DNA of 64,000 nucleotides from Chrysomallon squamiferum. Its lineage: Eukaryota; Animalia; Mollusca. Position 1 is the stretch's first letter, and each line of letters starts with the position of its first letter. This document shows positions 26,135 through 38,984 of the stretch, in pieces. A program made the translations under genes and the position numbers. The notes under the pieces are model-generated. The model did no database searches, was not told the origin of the DNA, and worked only from the letters and a program-made list of their open reading frames with translations. Where the stretch lies: NCBI GenBank assembly GCA_012295275.1, contig CM022670.1, forward strand, positions 27,032,001-27,096,000. Direction: 5' to 3'.

Positions 26135-27010
26135 ACACGCGTGTGCATGATTATGCACATGTGATGTTTAGGAATTAAATCTAAAAACCAGGACAGATAA
26201 ATTATAATTAAATATCTTCTGTTATTTTTGTCGAGTTTAGAAAATAAAGAATACAAGACTTTTTACCCAAGACAAAGAAATATTTGTATGATTATCACAA
26301 TAGTTTTACAATAGCTAGTGTGGGATTTTTTGTTGTGGAGGGTGTTGTTTATTTTATTCTTCTTCTTCTTCTTCTTCTTATTATTATTATTATTTTTAAT
26401 TATTATTAGATAAACTCAAACAATTTCATCTTTTACAAACATATTCAGAATTTTCTCTAATTTCAGCTCAAACTGACATAAATTCCAATAAATAATGAAA
26501 GTTTTATTGCAATCAACACACTGAGTTTGTTTGTATTTCATTACGACAAGAATAAATAATTATTTATTTATTTTTGTTTTTCTTATCTTATCAATTAATA
26601 TTCTGATTTGTATGTATATATTGCTTAATAATGTTCAACTGAAATAGACAATATATGTTTTGTTTTGTTGGGGTTTTCATGGCAAAATTTAATAGTTTAT
26701 TAATTGAAAGAACACGATAAACTTAACGTTTTCTGCATAAAAATATAAACAAAATAAAAAACATATAAATAAATATTAAAATTATACTTTTTCTTTTATA
26801 ATTTTAATGTTAAACCTTTGAGGGGCACCGAGACCGTATTCGTGTGATAAATGACGTACAAACATTGAAAGAGAACACACATACTTATATGATATCAAAA
26901 TGTTAATATAAAAATTATGTATTAGAAATATTATTTAACATGAGAAAAAAAGTTTCTTAAAAAAGGAAAAAAGATGAAAATCTTTTACTAACAAGTTACA
27001 AGTAACCTCA

Positions 27011-27506
27011 CCGGAAACGATCGGTTGTCAACAACAGTTTTCAAGTTATCATGCTAACTGAAACTGAATCAATGAAATAAAACTTTTCAAAGAAATCTAA
27101 CTTGCCAAGTTCAACATTTAATAACTAGACTTTACAAGTTATGTTTTGAACAACTTATAGTTAAAAATCAGAATTTTACGAACTTCGGCTTCACCCTTGA
27201 TGTTGTTCACTGAGGGTCCCGCGGCATATCCATTTCGCCAAGACCCAATAATTTTCGGAAATGATCGGCTATTTTCGTTAACACTTTTATTTACGAAAAT
27301 ATCCGAAAATACATGAAAGTAGCCGTCATTAGATTGCCCAGGTTGTTAAAAATAAACAAAGTTTCTCTGAGCTATAAATAGATCAAAATACTATTCTCCT
27401 TTCAACCATTCTGAATTATCTTATTTGTTGGGAACTACCAATATATAGATGCACCTAAAAGTGTTTTGTTCTTTTCCCTACTTTTAAAAAAATGATAAAT
27501 AAAGGC

Positions 27507-27567
<61 letters not shown>

Positions 27568-28252
27568 AATAAATAAATTGAATTTATATTTTATTATAGT
27601 GTAACAGTATTATTTGGTTCGGAAAATAGCTTATTCAGTGTTTTCCAATATCATTAGTTCATAATTATTAGATTGAAAAATAGCTTTCCGAGTGAAATTA
27701 TTAAATCAAAAGAAAAATAACTATTTCTGACATAAATAATTTAGCTCCTCAGCAACAACAACGCAATCTTAATAGTATATTATGTTCCATTTAATGTTAT
27801 TTTTTGTTTGTTTTTTCATTATTGTTGTTTTTGTTTTCCTTTTTTTTTTAATTTTTAATTTTTATTTATTTATTTATTTTTTTTTTTTTTTTTTTTTTTT
27901 AAGGAAATAAGAAAATAAATAAATAAACAGTACGTGTTTCTCACTATGCATCTGCCAAAACAATACTTGTCATTTGTAACCCGTAGAACTAAAATTAGAA
28001 AAATACGAAAACGAGGCTGTCACAACATGCCTTCGCGGGAACAAAAAGGATTTTCCATCAAAAACTAGGTCGTTGAATAATTATGAAGCTAAAAACGGCG
28101 ATTATGTTTGTATCTTGGTAAACTTAAATATAAAAGTTATGTCAATTAGTTAATAATAATTAGCTTGTCATCTCGATGTAGTTTGTAAATTATGTTGTTT
28201 TAGAAAATGCACGCAGAAAGAAACAGCCCAAGTTAAATCAGGCAAAAATGGC
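27011..28252. promoter_or_regulatory. Divergent (head-to-head) promoter region between the uncharacterised gene and MAP3K1
   Basis: Minus-strand donor ccg|gtgagg at 27011; CpG-richer patches at ~27000-27350 and ~27930-28260; X-box-like GTTATCATGCTAAC 27045-27058; YY1-type AAAATGGCG overlapping the MAP3K1 ATG; plus-strand composition switches from A-rich to T-rich here. Confidence 0.55.
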
Positions 28253-31200
28253 GACCGCCGCTAGTTCTTTACAAATACAACCAAGAGAAACATCTAATAC
28301 CAATTCGGCCGGTTCGACCTGTGCCAGTCACTGCTGTGCTGACAGGGAAGATGGAGATTTCCAAGGTCCTCACAAATGGAGAGAAAGATTAAAACCAGTT
28401 ACAGTCAGACCTCGAATACTGAATGATGATGAAAATAATTTAAATAGCAAAACTGAAGAAGAAAACTCGACAGATCAACGTGAAAAGAATGAAGCAGACG
28501 ATTTTGACAGTTGTTCTTTTAATGGGTATCAATTATTTAAAATTGTTTAACTTAGTAACAAAGATAAAGAGCATGTAAATTGATATATAAATTGCATCCC
28601 CTTATAAAATGACACACAATACTTTGAATACATTTATTTTTATATTTTTTGGTGTACAGCTGAAATATAGATACTGAGATAGGACTGCTAAAGCTAAACT
28701 AACACTTATGGCTGTATACTTCACATATTAACTTGGAGATCATTAACTGAAAGTTTAGCATTGTTTTCTTAGCTAATTGTAATACTAATAACAAAGTCTG
28801 ACAGGTAAAGAATACTATACAGTGTAAACACCAGAATACATTTTTTTTTTTTTTTTTTTTAAATCATTATTATGTATTGTTGAGTTGATTGTGCATTGGT
28901 TAGCATTTTTTTTTCTTCAGTTCAAGATTTTTTCAGAAAATGATTTTACTTTGCTTGAATTAAACTACTAAAACGTTTTTGATGCACCATTTATAAGTCA
29001 TAATTTTCTTGTTTGCAAATATTGTTTTTAAAATAAGGAATTATTTATGAAATTATGATTGTTTGCAAATAGATTTAATATTTTTAACAAATCCTGGATT
29101 TTTAACACACTGAACTTTTAACCACACACTATGTACTCATTTTATTGTGTATGTGTGTCTACAGAAATAAATATTTTTGTATGTATGTATGTATATCAGA
29201 TATTTTCTGTTTCACAGTGATGACATGCCAGCAGGAGACTGTCAAACTACAAAGTGTGAAAAATCAGATGATGGAAGAAAGAAACTCTCCAGAATAATGC
29301 CAGCATGGAAGCAGGATTTACTGGAGAAGAGGAAAACTGTCCCAGTGGTAATGTTTTACAGATAAAAATAAGTTTGAAGCTGATTACCTAAACAATGAAT
29401 ATATATGTTTTTGTTAGAAAAATAAATTTTGTTCAGGATCAGTTACAGTTCAGTTAACACAATATTTAGTGTACTTAACCATATTTGAAAAAATAACAAT
29501 GTATTCTAAAAATTTTTCTTTATGACTGTTAAATATTTTAATTCATTGCTTTTTATGTTTAAGGCTCCACGGAATTCAAAAGGGTCTTCTGCTGCAGGTT
29601 CTCCATCACAGGTATGTATTTAATTCAGTAGTAGTTAATGAGAAAATATCTGACATACATACATACATACACATACTAAGTACTATTAATTTAATACAAA
29701 TGCAGATATTTTCTATGATAGAATAATGACATGTAAATACAAATCAGAAATAATAGTTTATTTTGGGTCGTATATATTTGTAATTTTTTAAATTGTTGAC
29801 TCAGGTCATAGAAATAAAAAAAATTATCTTTTAAAAAATTATTATTCTTTTAAAATTTAGATTCCATTAAGTATATCAAGTGCTCTAAGGCGTCGCCATA
29901 CCAACCCAGGGGCTGAATCTCCTTTCAAACAGCAAGTTGTCAACCAGCCAATACCAACTGGAATACCTCGAAAACGCATATCACCATCAAATTCAGTGTG
30001 TTTATTAGACTTTTATGAGAAAATGAAATTGAGTTTGTTTATCTCATGCAGTAATAAATTTACTCGAGTAGTATCAGTTCCACAATTACAGAATTTTTTT
30101 TTTTATTATTTATTTTTAAGTTAGTTTCTCAAAAAAAGATTTAAAAAATGCACATGCACACACTCATATACACACAGACAAATATAGTCATTTTTAGACA
30201 AGTTGGGAAAATACAAACTTATTAAAAAAAAACATTTTCTCTTTTCAAAACTCTAGAAAAGCAAAACTGAAATTACATTTCATGATAAAAATGGCTAGTT
30301 ATTTGTGCAAAATAATTATAAAATATTTTTTGTATCCTCAATTTTTTTTTTTTTTTCCAGTTCCAACAGCAAACAGGAACAGTTCAAAACATACACACCA
30401 GCAGACGCAGCAATGCAGGACTTGGACAGAATGACGACAGTGATTTGACAAAGAAACGCATTGAACGAGTGCAGAGAGCTCGTCTTTACCTATTACAGCA
30501 ACTAGGTCCACACTCTTTTCTCATTGGCGGTGACTCACCTGATCACAAGTTCAAAGTTATGATTGGTCCACAGGTAACAGAACAAAATTCTTGAAAACTT
30601 TTATTGGTGTTAGTTTCACTATATATAGCAGCTAGTGATTAAGTCAGTTGTTTGTTACATTTCTTCCTTAATTTCTACATTATCTTATAAACAATGAGTT
30701 TTATATATAAAACCTTGTGATTACTATGGAAAAAATTGAGAGTAATTAAACCAAACCTGGCTAATTATGAGAATATTCTAAAATAATTTATTAACATTGA
30801 TCTTAGAGTTATCAGTATTAAAAGCTATATTATTGAATCTTTTGTCTTAATATATAGAATTTGAATTATTACATATACAGTGTACAAGCATGTACAGATT
30901 TATTTTAAGACCAAAATTAAGCATTTTAGGTATTACTTGATAAGTCGAGTAATTCCAAACCCAAACCTGACTAAAGCTTAACTGAAATGGATATTAGCCT
31001 AAATGTATCATAAATAGTATCTCTTTAATGTAATAGGTCTAACATGGAGACCTATTGATATTTAGTCTTGTTGGTAGATATTAATGATAATATTATTTCA
31101 CCAAATTCTTTACAATTACACAAGTGAGTTTTGTTTAAAATTATATTTTAGTGCATTTGAATCTTTTCCTAGATCATTGCAAGACGCTTAAGGCATAACG

Positions 31201-34200
31201 CCCGTACTGACGGTTTTCTCGCTTTAAAATGTATTTTTATGTCATTAAACGAAGAATATCATGTTTTACATTCATATTTGGTTTTGTTATTTAATTTTTC
31301 AAAATTTTTGATAATAAAATTATATTTTTGAAAAGCTAAAGACCCTAATTTTAGATGCCCCGTTAGTCAAAATATCTTAACAACAGTAAAAAGCAACCTA
31401 TGTATAAAGTCGACCCCCAAAATATTACCTTAATATAGTCTCCCAAAAATTCGTATACACTGAATAAAATAATAATCTTTCTATATCTTAACACTAACTA
31501 CCTGAATAAACACACATGCACACGTATAGAGACACACACACACGTACACACGGAGAGAGATAGAAACGTATAAATATATTGATTAGATAATTATTTTTTT
31601 AATCTAAAACATTTACTTATTTTTGTTGCAGACGTGCACTTGTGGCCGGTTTCCTTTCTGTGTTCACATTCTGTTTGTCATGTTACGAGTGTTTCAGGTC
31701 AGCGAATCTGACCCCAGACTGTGGAACAAAACATTAAAGAATTATGAGGTTTGTACAGTGTTTAGACAGAGATATGTCAAACTGCACTGTCTGCTGTACA
31801 GTTATTATGCACTATGGTAACACCCATTCGAGAGATGTTTCATATTTCATATTATGTATTTTCATATTTCATATAAATATATTAATATATTGTAGATGTG
31901 TACAAATTATCACTGAGAGTTGTGTATGTATTTATATCATCTTTGACATGGTTAATTAAGAAAAATTCTGTGTATTTCTGGAATAATAATGGATGGACTT
32001 TTAAGATCAATAGTCCACTAATTTCAGTTTTTGAACATCTTTGTTGTAGTTCAGTATTTATGGTTTTTGTTTACATTTATGAATTTCACATTGAGTGTTG
32101 TACAAGATTTCCATATTTTCAGGTGGAAAGTCTTTTTCGAATCTACCATGATAAAAGGACTTCACGAATTCACAGTCGAAAACAACAGAAATCAGTGAAA
32201 AGTAAACCAGTTGTAGAAGAAAATCAGATGAGTGATTCCACAGAAAACATCAGTCTTCCATCAGAGAGTGACACAGGGTAAAATATTCAGTTACTTTTGT
32301 TTGTTTTTTCAAATACAAGAAGTAAAAATATTTAATGCAAAAACTCTTAAAGTTAAAAATTATTTTCTTATTTGAATGATAAATGTTTGTGTTTTTATAT
32401 GGAGAGAGAGAGAGCATTCACTAAAAAAAAGTAATAAAAGAAAAAATAAAATAAAATTAGTTTGAGCAAAATAATTTCAATAAATAATTTGATATTTAAT
32501 TTTTGTTAAATATTTATTATAATTATTAATTAATTAATTAATTAAAAAACAGGAGTACAAGGGAAGAAGATGATACATGTCCAATTTGTCTGCTTGAAAT
32601 GCTGGAAGGAGAGAGTCTGATAAAATGTGAAAATGGCTGTCAGAATCGACTTCATCATCACTGCATTGCCATCTGTGAGTTGAGTTGTGAGAGAATCACA
32701 GTTTCTGTGTTTTTAAAAATTATTGTGTATACCAGTGACACTGAACTGAGAGTCACTTGGCATGCTGGGAAAGGATGTATTCTGTGATTTGAAATATGGG
32801 AGGATTTGGGAAAGACTGGTATTGGAGGAATATAACCAGGGACATTGAGAACCACAATTTAAACCTGTTGAAATATCATTTCAGAACAGAGTATCGAATT
32901 ATTATGTAGATATTGCATTAAAACAGTCACTTGACTTGTACATAATGTAATGATCTTACTGTTTGAAAAGTTTCTATGGCTAGTTGGTAGAATGTTAGCA
33001 TAATCATCTATCAACCTGGACAAACACTTTGAACTACCTTCTTTGAACTGCCTGTTCTCAAAGATAACATTATTAAAAACAATGTCCTTACTTAATTTCT
33101 TTGTTTGAAAGTAATCTATATGTTAAAGGTGTTTTACAGATATTTGTTTAGGATACATATCAAATTTTATTTTTTAAGTTAGATTTATATTTGACAAATT
33201 TAGGAAGTTGAATTTTGGATATTGTTTTTTTCCAGGGTTTGAGGAATGTCGCAGACAGAATGATCCACTCAACTGCCCACTGTGTCGCACACGCTGGAAA
33301 ACAACAACTGTGGAAATCAAAAGGTCAGTCTGTGAGAATTTATAATAATCTAAATTTATACAAAGAAGCTCTTTTTGGAACCTTAGTTTTGAAAAGCTGC
33401 GAAGTGTTTGTTTTAAGATATATTATGAAAAAGAAATCTGGATATTAATCTCTTCAGTATCTTAGGAGTCTCAACATATTGAATTATGACAGAAGTTTTT
33501 ATATAAGTAATAAGATAGCTCCTAAGATATATACTGTTTAAACCACAATTCCAATTTTTTACCATTAGACTGTAATACCTTAGTGAAAAGGTTATATTAA
33601 GCAATATATAAGAAGAAGAATTAAAGAGTGAAAATGAAAAAGGTACAATTTATATTAATGTGCACATGTATCTGTATATTAGTTAACAGCTATTTATTTT
33701 GAAACACAACTTTATCAGGACAGAGGTGCTAAAAGTTTTAAAAGATTTGATCACTATTTTGCATAAAATAAAAATAGAAGGAATAAATTTAGGATAAAGA
33801 TAGTCATTCTAATTTACAGTTGTCAAAATGATAATGAAGAAACTCCAGAGGCTCCACCCAATACTCGGGCACCTTCCCCGCAGAATGTGCCTGAAGGACG
33901 ACTGCCACATGCAGAGTCGATCCCACAAGAAAACCAAGCCACTGCAGAACCTTGGATAGAGGTAAATAGGGTCTTTCATAACAGCGGAAAGTAACTTTGT
34001 TAAAGTGTAAATAGTGACTGTTTTCTACTTTGAAATATTAGACAAAATAATTTTGAGATCTAATACAAAATTAAAAGACGGTGTGCTCTTAAACCACTGA
34101 TAGTCGTCAGAACAGAATTTGTGTTTAGAAAACCATCTGTACACATGATTAATGACTTTTTCTGTATTGTTAGGTTTTGGGTGAAGATCTGGTCTCGTGT

Positions 34201-37200
34201 TTGTTTTCACGTAACTGGTCTATCCGGGAGATGGGTGTGAAACATCTGAGTAGAGAAGTGGTTGGCACGCTGCTGCGAGGTATGGGTGAAGGTCGGTCAG
34301 GTGTCATTGTTTCGCCAACTCGCCAGGCTGCCACCAGGCAAATGCTTGACACCTGCTCCAACATCATCGCATTCATGTGTGCTGATCCTGTGTACCGAGT
34401 GTTTGTAGCCAGTCTCGTAAGTTATCATTCAGTGCATTCTCAACCCACACCTAGCAGTAACAGCTGAGTTTCTGTGGTACTGAAATGTAACTGAGCAATT
34501 ATTCATTCATGCTTTATCCAAATTCATAAAATCTTATTATTGTTTCAATTTCTGTAACACTATAAAATGTAACATTATTAAGTTGATACTTACCTTGTTG
34601 GAAGGATGTAAATTATTTTAAAAAAATAAAATAAAGAAAGTAATAATAAATACATAAATAAATTTACTAGCATATTTCTGAACAAAAAATCATTTATTTT
34701 GATTGTGCTCTGTCAGTATGGTATAGATTGTTCTCATTTATAATCAACTTAGTTAACAAAACCCCCAAAATTGCTGTTGTTAATCTACCCAAATATTCAG
34801 GAGATGAACAACAAACAATTCTGTTAATTTGCTCCATAATGCAAACTTTTTTTTGTTCACCATATTTTAATAACTTTTATGTGCTGTTGTTATGGCCAGT
34901 TTGTTTCTAGTGTCAAAGAATAGAAAATTGCTGCTGATGTTTAATGTGTTATTCATTGATAACAAGTCTTGTCTGTTACTAACTTTTCTTCAACTTTGGA
35001 TTTGTAAAATACCCTGTTGTAATTTAAACACAATACTTAAATTTTGTAAATGTTGTAATTCAACATCATCATATACTGTCAAATCTTAAAACCATTCACA
35101 AATGATCAGTAGGTTTGACACTGAATTCTGTAGCTTCACTTTGTGTTACAGAGGGCGCTGCGACAGATGCTGGCGTACACACCATGTCGAGATGTACAGC
35201 AGCAGGAGAGACTGCAAAAAAGAATCAAGCCAGTTGTCGATGCAATCATACTCAAGTGTACAGATGGAAATAAGTAAGTAATGTAGCTTTTGTTCAGTCT
35301 GCTTCATAAATGTGTTTAATTTCATTATGCAGACATCAGTTATTAATAAAAGCCATTATTGATGATAATAATAACAAAATGTTTGTTATTTTAAATTTAA
35401 TTCATTTTTCTTCTCTTTTTTTTCTTTCTTTTTTCCATTATATGTTTATTTCATACAGCTGAGTTTTTACTTTTTAATCAAGTTGCTTACGTGGAAAGAT
35501 GTTCATTCCATTATGTTATTTATTATTCAGTTTTTCTGTTGAAATGTTGCTTTGCATACTTAAATTTCCACAAAAAATGTATTTAAATCTCAAAACTCAT
35601 TTACTGTTTTATAATAACATATTTATTATTTAAAAAAATCTTACACTAAATATGTGTCATGTGTGACTGCAGGAGAACCAGTCAGTTGTCACTTTCTACT
35701 CTTGTGGAACTTGCAAAAGGCCAAGATGGAGAACTTGCTGTTGGCAAAGAAATTGTCAATCCAGGTAATTTGAATAATTTCTAAACAGAACTTTTTCAGT
35801 TCATATTGGCAGGTTTATTTCACTGAAAGAATAAAAGAACATTTCTTAAATTCTGCATGCATTTTTTTATTGTGCACACACAGAGATCTACAAAAGACTT
35901 TTTAATTTCAACAATCTCTGTTTCATTTTTCCTTTCTTGTCTGTGTTCTTGTTTTTGAATGTCTTTTGTTATTTCCTAGAAATTAAAATTTGATTAAAGT
36001 TACTGTTATTTTTTTAATTATTGTATTTTTTTTTATCATTTTGCAAAGGTGAAATAAAAATATAAATTTTTGTAATGTTTATTATCTGGCATAAAAGATA
36101 CAAGTTTTAATTTGCTTACAGGGTCAGCTGGTCTGGATGGACTCTCGTACGTGCTCAAGTGTGTGACAGAACAGTACAGTGTAGAGCAGGTTCAGTGGCA
36201 GTGGCTTCTGGGTAGACTTTACGTTATAGACAGGTTCCTAGAGGAATTTCCTTCGGATTTTCTACCATCAGAGAACGAGCACCCAAGTGCAGCATCAGCA
36301 GGGAACGATGTTCCCGATGCAGCAGGGGCTGCAGCATCGGGTGGAGATGACCTCACAGAAACACCTCACAATTACCAGCATCTGTTGTCTGTAGCCCAGT
36401 TCTCAGTGAAAGCGGTTTGCAATGCTCACACACGAATTGCTCGAATGGCCAGAAGAGTATTTCTCCTCACAGCAAAGCTTGGTGCTCATCTGGGTTGTAT
36501 TGTTAAAGAGATGGAAGACTTGTTGTCAACAATAGACTCAGCCTCGGTGATTTCGGTGAAGAGAAAGCTGGCAAGGATTGTCAGTGATTTTCACATCTCA
36601 GAAAAAATTGTTCAAGAGTTGCAGCATGGCACTGGAAAATCTCGCCATCATGTGCACAGAGTTTCCTCCCCTTTTGACACCCCTAAAGACTCACCAGTGT
36701 CAACACCTCGATGCACTTCACCTGCCACTGTGTGTTCAGATGAGCCCAGTGACGTTGGTGGTTCTCAGGCAGGGAAAGGCATTCCATGTTGCCCTCCTAA
36801 CACCCCAATCCACAGAAAAAGGAAGAAACACAAGCGGTCTATTCCACGTAGAATTTCCAAAGAAACAAATTCTCCCACACCTCCCGTCACTCCAGAAAAG
36901 AAAGAAAACAGCAGCAAGGACGATGAATGCTGTGCTGAAGATAACCCAATAGCAGACAAATCTGGTTTGTCACTTCCGTTCATTCCCATCAACTATGAAA
37001 GTAATGAATGTCCAGAAATAACACCAGAAATGTTGAATGAGGACACGTCAGGCGAACCTGCGGGTGTTGAGGCTTGCAAAGCGCAGGAGTGTGAAGACCG
37101 GTTCTTGTTTGTCAGTCAGGAAGATCACAACACATCAGAACCTTTGTCAGCCACAGCCTGCGGGTGTTCAGACCAGCCACAGTATGACAACATGTCAGTG

Positions 37201-38945
37201 CAATCAGGAACAGCAGCAGCTCCAAATACTCCAGAACATGTTCCGTGTTTCCACACTGCTGACCAGGAAACCATGAGCAGTGATGACCTGCTTGACCCAA
37301 ACAGTGTCCACTCGCCACTGCAGGCAAGTGAGCAGCAAGTTTCCTTTAAGTCAGAAGTTACACAGTCACCAAAGGTTTCACCAAGTCACACAGCTGATCA
37401 GGGTGAGTTTGCTTTCTAGTAACATTACTTAGAAATGGATAAAACAATATGTTATTTAAGAAAATAGAAATGTGGATTTTAATAAATATATTGTTATTTT
37501 GACTTTAGTATTAAGTTTGAATTTTCACTATTCTTACTTCATAAAGTACAAGAACAGTTAATCAGTGCTGAAATGTAATATTTGTTTAAAATATTTTTGT
37601 TATGTGATAGTTATTTAAGAAGATTTTGGCTTTACCATTATGTTTGTATGGTGTATATCAGAAGCATTTAACAGAATATAAATTTTAATAACTTTTGATT
37701 TTATTTATACTAAATATATATTGTCTGGATGTAGAGATACAGCATATCTTTTTGATACAGTTAAAGGTTATTATTAAAAGAGTTGAATACTGAGATAATG
37801 TAAGAAATTGTATGTCTTTTAATACAGATAGTGACAAAGTTACAACAAAAAAATACATCTGTTTCTCAAACAGTAAAATAGATATCTTTTATTATTTTTT
37901 CTTCACTGGTGTCAATACATATTTTGCTGTACTAAATAAAATTAATTTGACACATTTTGATTTGATATTGGTCTGTTATTAATAATAATTTATTTAACAA
38001 TTTTATTGCTGGATATATTTTTGGACAAAAATTGCTTTTCAATTCATGTTTTTAACATTACGAAATATTCATATTTAAACATATTACTGGATTTTAATAT
38101 ATTTTTATATCCTTTTAGAGAGATTAGATTTTATACTGTTTATCTTTCAATGCTTCTTAAATGTTTTAATTTGTCAAATAAATTTATTAAGTTATTATTG
38201 TAATTTATGTATCAAACTATAAAAATGATCCTGATTTTCTGCCATTGTTTTTAAATAATCTAATTTTAAGAAAAATAAAAAGAAAACAGCCATTTCAGTC
38301 TGTTGATGCTATTTTCATTGTTTTGTTTCCATTGACCTAGGAAACAGGAAGAAAATGTTAATTTGATTCAGTGTGTGGTCAGTCAAATACAAACTGCTGT
38401 TAGTTAAAGCAACCTGTATTCAGTATATTGTCATAGTTAGAAGAAGAGATTTTGGAATTATTTTGAGTTATTATCACAGTGTAAATAACTTTATATTTCA
38501 GCTGCAATGCAGGAATCACGAGAATGTCACTGTAAGGAAGAGGTAGAAAAAGAAGAAGCTGTTGCCATGGCAAAAGCAATGGAGGTATCCTACGTGCAGG
38601 ATCCTTGTCCTGTAGTCCCAGGACTCACACCAACCAGCAAGGAGGAGGTCATCACCATTCGCATACAGCCAGATGTGAGCTTTCTGTATATTTTAAAATA
38701 ATATTTCATTATTTGATTCTCTTTCAACCAAATAAAAGAGAGAAGAAAACCAAACAGAATTTATAGAAATAATAATGGTCAGTTATTATTACAGTGAAAA
38801 TGTTGTATGGGCACTGAAAGAAAATTTTAGTTGAATAATGTCTTGTTAAATGCATATTTCAAAACCACTTCTTTTGATTTTTTTATAATTTTTACTATTG
38901 GCATGTTTTGTTTTTATTTTATTTATTTTTTTGAATATTTGTTTG

Positions 38946-38984
<39 letters not shown>

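Noticed and set aside
31188-31433. TTAA-GG...CC-TTAA bounded segment in a MAP3K1 intron (Kolobok/piggyBac-like MITE)
   Set aside because: Terminal complementarity is only a few bases, which is insufficient in AT-rich DNA.
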